Source of the DNA: Macrostomum lignano
Lineage: Eukaryota
NCBI GenBank assembly: GCA_002269645.1
Contig: NIVC01000364.1
Span: forward strand, 124,001 to 188,000
Length of the DNA stretch: 64,000 nucleotides
Direction of reading: 5' to 3'
Shown: piece after piece, positions 56,635 through 64,000 of the stretch
Layout: every line of letters begins with the position of its first letter
Numbering within the stretch: position 1 is the stretch's first letter
Translations under genes and position numbers: made by a program
Notes under the pieces: generated by a model
Database searches by the model: none
What the model was told of the DNA's origin: nothing
Seen by the model: the letters and a program-made list of their open reading frames with translations, nothing else

Positions 56635-57600
56635 GAACTTCTCCCTGACACAGTTCATCCGATTCTGTCTGAGTCGCTTGACCTTCTCCCTGACACAGTT
56701 CATCCGATTCTGTCTGAGTCCTTCTCCCTGACACAGTTCATCCGATTCTGTCTGAGTCGCTTGACCTCCCTGACACAGTTCATCCGATTCTGTCTGAGTC
56801 GCTTGACCTCCCTGACACAGTTCATCCGATTCCTGTCTGAGTCCTTCTCCCTGACACAGTTCATCCGATTCTGTCTGAGTCGCTTGACCTTCTCCCTGAC
56901 ACAGTTCATCCGATTCTGTCTGAGTCCTTCTCCCTGACACAGTTCATCCGATTCTGTCTGAGTCGCTTGACCTCCCTGACACAGTTCATCCGATTCCTGT
57001 CTGAGTCCTTCTCCCTGACACAGTTCATTCGATTTCTATCTGAGTCGCTTGACCTCCCTGACACAGTTCATCCGATTCCTGTCTGAGTCCTTCTCCCTGA
57101 CACAGTTCATCCGATTCTGTCTGAGTCGCTTGACCTTCTCCCTGACACAGTTCATCCGATTCTGTCTGAGTCGCTTGACCTTCTCCCTGACAGTTCATCC
57201 GATTCCTGTCTGAGTCCTTCTCCCTGACACAGTTCATCCGATTCTGTCTGAGTCCTTCTCCCTGACACAGTTCATCCGATTCTGTCTGAGTCCTTCTCCC
57301 TGACACAGTTCATCCGATTCTGTCTGAGTCCTTCTCCCTGACACAGTTCATCCGATTCTGTCTGAGTCGCTTGACCTTCTCCCCGACACAGTTGGTCCGA
57401 TTCCTGACTTACTACTGTTGGGAACTTCTCCCTGACACAGTTGGTCCGATTCCTGTCTGAGTCACTTGACCTTCTCCCTGACACAGTTGGTCCGATTCCT
57501 GACTTACTACTGTTTGGAACTTCTCCCTGACACAGTTGGTCCGATTCCTGTCTGAGTCACTTGACCTTCTCCCTGACACAGTTGGTCCGATTCCTGACAC
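56635..57600. repeat. 35-45-bp composite minisatellite (CCCTGACACAGTTCATCCGATTCTGTCTGAGTC...)n
   Basis: Directly visible. Confidence 0.95.
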
Positions 57601-57829
57601 ACAGATGTGCTTTGCTGACTCACCTATTCCACTCTCTGGCACATGAATTGTACACCAGACTCATCTACATAACTTACATGTATTTAAGCTCAATTGTCTC
57701 ATTTGCTATAATCTGAAGCTTCATCCACCAAAATCTGTCAATTGCCTCACCGCTTCATGCATGCTTCCAGCCGCAGTTCGCGCCGCTCTGCAGCACTGAA
57801 CTCCCGCCCAGCGCGCAGCACCCGTGTCA

Positions 57830-59783
57830 ATGGCTACAGCCGCGAAATCGGCCATTTCCGCCAAGGCGAATCTCTACTGCAAGAACAACTGCGGTTTCTA
57901 TGGCAACTCCAGTTGGCACGGTTACTGCTCCGTGTGCTACAGGGACGCCTATCTCAAGCCGAAATCCCGCACAGACGATGCCCGCGAACATCAGCAGCAG
58001 CAGCGTCAGTCATCCTCTGCCGCAGCCACCGCTGTGGCCTCCTCGGCCGCGGCCGCCGCCGCCGCCGGTCTGTCCGCCTCGTTCAACCAGTTCGAAGAGA
58101 AACGGCGCCAAGTGACCGGCCGCGGCGCCAGCACCATAAAAAACCTGCTGAAAAAGCCGACAGATTCGGCGGCCTCCGCGCGCAGTCGATCGCCGCCAGC
58201 CGCCGCAGTCTCCGACGATGACTCGGCATCGACAACCGGCCTATCGACTATCTCAGAGGTCGACAAGCACTCGAACTACGAGTACATGACGTTTGTGAAG
58301 TCCCTGCCCAGAGCGGCCGGGGTCGACCTGACCAAGCAGATCAAATCGGCCATCGCCAGGCTGAAAGTTCTGCCGGCTGCGACCGCCTCAGTCGAAGAGT
58401 TCAGCGACGCGGCGCAGGAGTTCTACGCCAGCCTGGCCAAGCGGATCGGCGCGGAGCCGGCCTATCACCGCCTCACAGAGCAGCAGCGGACTGACGCTCT
58501 GTTCTGGGCTGAAACTTTCCTGACTAAACGAATCTACAGGACCGTGTTCAGCCAGGGCCCGGACGAGGAGGCTAAAGACATCGCTTTGCAGAAGAAGCTG
58601 CGCTCTTTGCACTGGGTGACCCCGGCTATCCTGGAGTCGCGAGTGTCTAATAATAGTCCGCACTTTTACGAGGCCGTAGCCTGCCTGCTGGCGCTGGACA
58701 CTCTGGTGACTCCGCCAGCCAAGCTGGACAGCATCGTCCGCTGCGCCAATCACATCTTCAAAGCTTTGAACGAAGCCTCTGGCGATGCCGCGTCAGCCGA
58801 CGACTTCTTGCCAGCCCTGATCTACGTACTGCTGAAAGGCAATCCACCTAGGCTGCAATCCAATATCGCTTTCATCACTAGGTTCGCCAATTCCGCCAGG
58901 CTTAACACCGGGGAACAGGTGAGGCTTATTATGGTCTTTGTGGAGTCCTGTTCCCCATCATCAACTGTGTGCACTGTGGAGTCCTGTTCCCCATCATCAA
59001 CTGTGTGCACTGTGGAGTCCTGTTCCCCATCATCAACTGTGTGCACTGTGGAGTCCTGTTCCCCATAATCAACTGTGTGCACTGTGGAGTCCTGTTCCCC
59101 ATCATCAACTGTGTGCACTGTAGAGTCCTGTTCTCCAGCGTCAAACTCTAGGTTAGTCTACACCTAAGGGTTAAACGGATTTTTTCCCTGAGGACTAAAC
59201 CATGGACTATATACCGGTAGATCCTACGTATCGTTGTTCAGCAATATCGTAGTGCACGCAGACGTCAAAGCCAGAAAAAAACAGTGTTTAAGAACCCTCC
59301 GGCACGCGGCGAAGGGGGGGGCGGAGGAGAGGTGGGCGAAGGGTGGCGTTAACACACTTAACACTGAGGCCCACGGAGCAGGCCTAGTGTAAAGTAGACA
59401 TCAATTGAATTCCAAATTCTCAGGGCTATTACTTCACCAATCTGTGCTGCGCCGTGTCGTTTTTGGAGTCGTTGAATCACGAGTCGCTCAGCCTGCCCAA
59501 GGAGCTGTTCGACAAGTTCATGACCGGCCAATTGTCGCCGGCTACGCACGGCCTCAGCGTAGCCGAGCGGGTGGCGCAGTGCCTCGCCCTGCTAGACGCC
59601 GGATCTAGCAGGCTGAACGAGCTGGACGCCAGGGCTAAACAGCTGCGGACGGACATGGACTCCGTTGAGGCCGACATGGCCAAATGCGTTGCCGAGGTCC
59701 GCGAGCAGGTTGCTAAGCACAGGGCGGAGCGGCCGCTGCGGCTGCCAATTAAGGAGGGCCGGGTGCACCAGCCGGCTGAGTGA
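57830..59783 (+). CDS. RABGEF1: Rab5 GDP/GTP exchange factor Rabex-5, about 482 aa. Exons 57830-58918 and 59424-59783
   Basis: A20 zinc finger CKNNCGFYGNSSWHGYCSVC; VPS9 domain SADDFLPALIY...TGEQ|GYYFTNLCCAVSFLE; C-terminal coiled coil. Confidence 0.93.
58939..59135. repeat. 36-bp minisatellite, about 5.5 copies, in the RABGEF1 intron
   Basis: Unit GTGGAGTCCTGTTCCCCATCATCAACTGTGTGCACT. Confidence 0.95.
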
Positions 59784-62027
59784 GGCGGCTTAGAGGATTG
59801 TCTCATCTACCGCCGATGATTCCTCACTTAATCTGTGATAATAGCACGACTATTAGTGCATTGGTAGTACTGCATTGTTTTTATATCCCGTTGAAAACGT
59901 TACTGGGATATTAGGTACAGCTAAAGAGTCATTGTCAAAAACTTACTTGGGATTCTAGCGACTCTGAGCGCATCAGGTGAGTTGTAGAAAGTCGTTGTGC
60001 TAGCGCTTAAAAAGGTTATGAAAATGATTTCAATTCATAAAGGACTGCAGATGCGCTTAAAACGCAACTACGAGCTACGACTCTACGCTCGTATGGTCAC
60101 AGAGTCATTATAAAATCACTCCAGAGTCACGACTTGTACCGTGTAACGTCTCCTCGTTTTAGAGTCATCTAGTAGAGTCACTTCGTTCCTATCTTACCTG
60201 TGTTACCTGCAGTGACTTTAGTACATCTTGCTTTAATATTTAATATCATCTCATCTAATGACGTCGGGATCAGGATCATTCCTTCGATAAATCGTGCACC
60301 AGCATTATAAAAGGCACATGCCGCACGGTCTTCCAGTATTTTTGTTTTATGCGTACCTTCTCGAACTATTACTAATTATACGTAGATATATACAGTATAT
60401 TGTACGCATATATATTACTAAGCTGATACTTTACTATAAGACAATAAGTTATGCGTATTGAGCAATAACTGTTGTCTGATGATATATATTAATTTGTAAA
60501 TATACAAGCTTCAGTGTTACTCTTGATGTGTTACTTTCGTTCGTGGTCCTGTGTGCAACACATTTAAACAGAATTTTCTTTGTTTGCGAAGTGATTTCTA
60601 GTAAATTTATCTTTTTATTTAACTTAATCAACAGTTTTATGTTCATAACTAGATGTTACTCGCAAATAATGCGCTTATCTACTCTTTTATCTAAAGTTTT
60701 TGAAGCTGTACATGTAGCAATTGTCTCTGGCTTTCTGCAAACTATCTTCGCCCTGTTTACCGACTCCAGACTCCATAAGACTCGGAATCATTAAAAAAAT
60801 TAATTAAAACTGAAAAGCTTGAAAAACCCAAATCCAATGCGTCTGCATAGATAGCACGACAGAAAGAGGGTTCCGTACTGCTCTCTCATTGGCTGAGCTA
60901 GATTGGTCACTTGTGTACATCTAGTCAAATGCTTGTTGTCCATTCTTACCACAGATGCTCCTGAGGCCGCAAGCCCCAGCCGAGGAAGAAAAGAAAATTT
61001 TTGCTGCCACAATCAATTTAAGTGACACTGCGCAGATGAACTACTGAAAAAAGAGTTGACGCTGTATTTATTTGCGAGTGGTACATCTAGTAGTTCTAGT
61101 ATCTGTTGCCGTGATACAAGATGTGCGGTGTAATACTGCACCTGCCATATTCGCACTTTACGCTTAAGGCGTACTTCAGTTCCGTGTCGACAGTCATATA
61201 TTCTATTAACGAGTGTATATGTAATGTATGTCATTGTAAGATAGCACAGATCAGCATAAATTTGGATTCTCTTAGATAATATCCAAATTATCAGGTAGCT
61301 TTACATCAGCCAATTCCACACCGTCTTGGTTTGACTTTTGGCAGTGTTCAAACTCGTAATGCTGTTCGTGATGACCCACGTGTAAGTTGTATAAATTGAC
61401 AGATCGCCACCAAATAAGTCGTGAGTCAGAAAAATTGGCAATAAAAACATTCTGACTAAGAGTCGTCACTTTTTAATCAGCGAAAAGTATTTAATTAATG
61501 ATTTTAATGCTTGGCTTACGAGCTGAAAAATCGCGATTGTCAATTTTTATTGTAGCTAGTATCAATTTGCTCAAATTATTAATGGAGCTCAGAGATCCCG
61601 GATGTTTAAGAAAGTGCCACGCAATTGTGAAAAATGACAATAATTACTGTTATAGCCACTTCTTGCTTCTCTCATTGTCTCGCCTAATCTCAATAATATT
61701 AATGAATTAATACCTTGGTTTGTTGACTTGTTTGACTTGAAAAAATGATTTTTTTAGCACACTAAAAACGCTGAAGCATGAAATGGCTTTCCATTATAGA
61801 CAGCACTAGAGAGAAAAATGAAATAAATCATATTTGTGATGTGCATAATATCGTGAGGTGATAGACAATGCCCCTTAATTTCGCATTATTGCAGTCAAAA
61901 ACATATAGTTATTCAGTCGAGGGTAGTCGCAAGAACTGATTTCGATCAGCCAAAATAATGTTATGTAAATTTTGTTTCGCTGTGCTTTACTGGTTCAGCT
62001 TTTGTCGCGCAAGTCTATGCCGCAAGC

Positions 62028-63975
62028 CTACTTGCTTGGCGCGGCCATGACGCACATGCCGGCGTTCCACAGGCGCATATGGTCGCTAGCCGATCCGCCA
62101 TGCAGATCGTTGAATTGGTTCCCGTCCATGTTTCCGAATGCTCCGTTAATGCGGCCGTGGTACAGCGGATGCACGTCGATCTTGATGTCGCCTGATTCGT
62201 AGCTGGATACCTTCAAGACACCTCTTATCTCGGTATCAATCTCAAGATACAAGTTCTGGCTGTAGCTACTAGAAATAATGACCAATTTTGGATTGTCCAG
62301 CTCTATCCTTCCGTTCTCGGGAAGGTCTATTGATCCGTCCACCCTGACCTTTTTCGTGTTGGTGATGAAGATTCGCCGATTTCCAATTCGAATCAGAAGA
62401 TCGCCTAGCCGCCTCCTGCTGCCGTTCCACGTGTAGGTCGCGTAAATTGAGAAGTCGCCATTAAGGAAGTCGTGAGCCAGTAAATATCTGCACGGAGACA
62501 AGTTTCTCAGCATAATGCCACCGAAAGTCGAAATAGAATCCTCGCCAACTGTGGCGGTTCTGTGCGACGGCTGTAGCACTCTGAGCAACATGCCACTGAC
62601 GCTATACCTGCCGAAATACTTTTCCATAGTACCAGCTGCTCTAGCATTAAGATTATATTTAAGCTTTTGCCACCAAGGCGAATACGAGTAGAAAGGAGGT
62701 AGGTACCTTTCGTACTGATTAGACTGCTCAGGAAAAGCGATTGCCGGGAAGGGCAAGTAGACGGTGCCGTTGATGGCCGCAAACGAGCCGCCGTCCATGC
62801 ACTTCTGGTCGCAGCTCAGTCTCCAGACTCGAACCTCGTTGGCGTCAGTGTTGAAAAACTGCTTGATGGCTCGACCGTAGTACCCATCTAGCAACAAAAC
62901 AGCAGACTCGGCCAGATTCCTGCTGTAAGCCGTCTGGCTAGACATTTTCTGCTCGATGCTGTTACCATTGTTCCTGCACGCCTTGATAAGATCGCTGACA
63001 TATCCGCGCCATTGGCTTCTTTCATAGGCCAAGTTGTCGAAGAAGTCGTACACTTTAGGCAGTGCTCCCAGGGTGTTCACGAGGATTGGTTGGACCACTT
63101 TGGCGAACTGGGAAATCAGCTCTTCAGCCGCCGTTTGAATGCATGTGGAGTACTCCTGAGCAACACGACTCATCTTCTCATAGCGGTCACTCACTGGGAA
63201 TACTGAGGCAAGCGCGTTGTACATAACCGAGAAAACCGAGCTACTGCTGCTGGCGGTCAAGCTAGAAATTCTTGTCCGAATATAGTTGTCCAGCATTTCA
63301 ACACAGGAAGAGAAATATGCTCCAATCTGGTCAGTGAAGTACTTTGTCATGGAGAGGACACTGCTCCAAATACGGGCTACAGGGATCCTACTCAACGCTC
63401 TTGATGCGGTATCAGAGAGCCAACTGATTCCAGAGCGGATTCCCGAGTCGATTGCTGGCAGTGCATTCGTGTATTGCGATGTTTGGATCATAGAAAGCCA
63501 GGCCTCCACACCGCCTTTACAGACGTAAAAGGCTGATACCATGGCCTTTCCAATTGTGTTGGACATAAACTCATTATTTTCTCGAGCCTTCAAGGCCCAC
63601 CGGTTCAAGGAGTCGATATCGTTGCTGGAGATAGAGGTGAGCATGTCAAGTACCACATCTGTATTAATGTTGTCGGCCTGGCTCTGCTTCACTGGTCTCA
63701 TCAGACTGTTGATTGTGCCAATGCTGATTGGTAGGTTTGTTGTCTTGGCCCATGGATCCACTAGAACTTCTTTGGCGACGGTGAAGGGCGACTTCTGAAA
63801 TTCGAAGCAATTTTGTTAGGGCTTGTTTTCGGATATCTGATCACTACCGTAGCTGTAGCAGTAGGTTCCGACAGCAGTGAGAAATGCGATTAAAACTCAC
63901 CTTGGTCTGCTGACGGATTCGCCAATGGGAGGCATAGCCCAGTGTGTTATCATTGTTCAGCTGGGCGCCCACGAA
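62028..63975 (-). CDS. 3' part of a large VWD-domain protein, apolipophorin/vitellogenin (LLTP)-like. Last exon 63794-62028; upstream exon ends at 63901; the gene continues beyond the window
   Basis: C-terminal VWD motifs ISTFGG...CRYLLAHDFLNGDFSI and IDVHPLYHGRINGAFGNMDGNQFND, preceded by an amphipathic helical region. Acceptor TTTCAG|AAG and donor AAG|GTGAGT are both phase 0. Confidence 0.7.
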
Positions 63976-64000
63976 AAAGAAATCAATTTCAGCCGGAATA

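Overview
Eukaryotic (metazoan) genomic DNA with GC-rich exons and introns filled by gene-specific minisatellites. This architecture resembles the flatworm Macrostomum, which is my inference and is not verified. By hand-splicing I assembled these genes: HNF4 (+, 1440-8570, 7 exons); a novel 147-aa MGCxxSK-type acidic low-complexity protein (-, 11708-15390) surrounded by three RFX X-boxes; FBXL13/DRC6 (-, 17306-30857), which hosts a complete SSUH2-like gene (+, 26596-28868) in its second intron; a secreted multi-EF-hand protein head-to-head with FBXL13 (+, 31118-33913); an orphan small membrane protein (-, 34437-34844); TLCD5/TMEM136 (+, 45014-52379); RABGEF1/Rabex-5 (+, 57830-59783); and the 3' end of a VWD-domain apolipophorin/vitellogenin-like gene (-, 62028 to the window end). 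Mobile DNA comprises a head-to-tail dimer of a non-autonomous Helitron-like element carrying two minisatellites (37383-43251), an intact Ty3/Gypsy element with an abnormal 131-bp flanking duplication and a truncated 5' LTR (45415-49848), a tRNA-derived CORE-type SINE and a candidate MITE. Most long ORFs in the supplied track are artefacts of stop-free tandem repeats. All exon coordinates were derived manually from splice consensus, phase and protein similarity recalled from memory; no database search was run.
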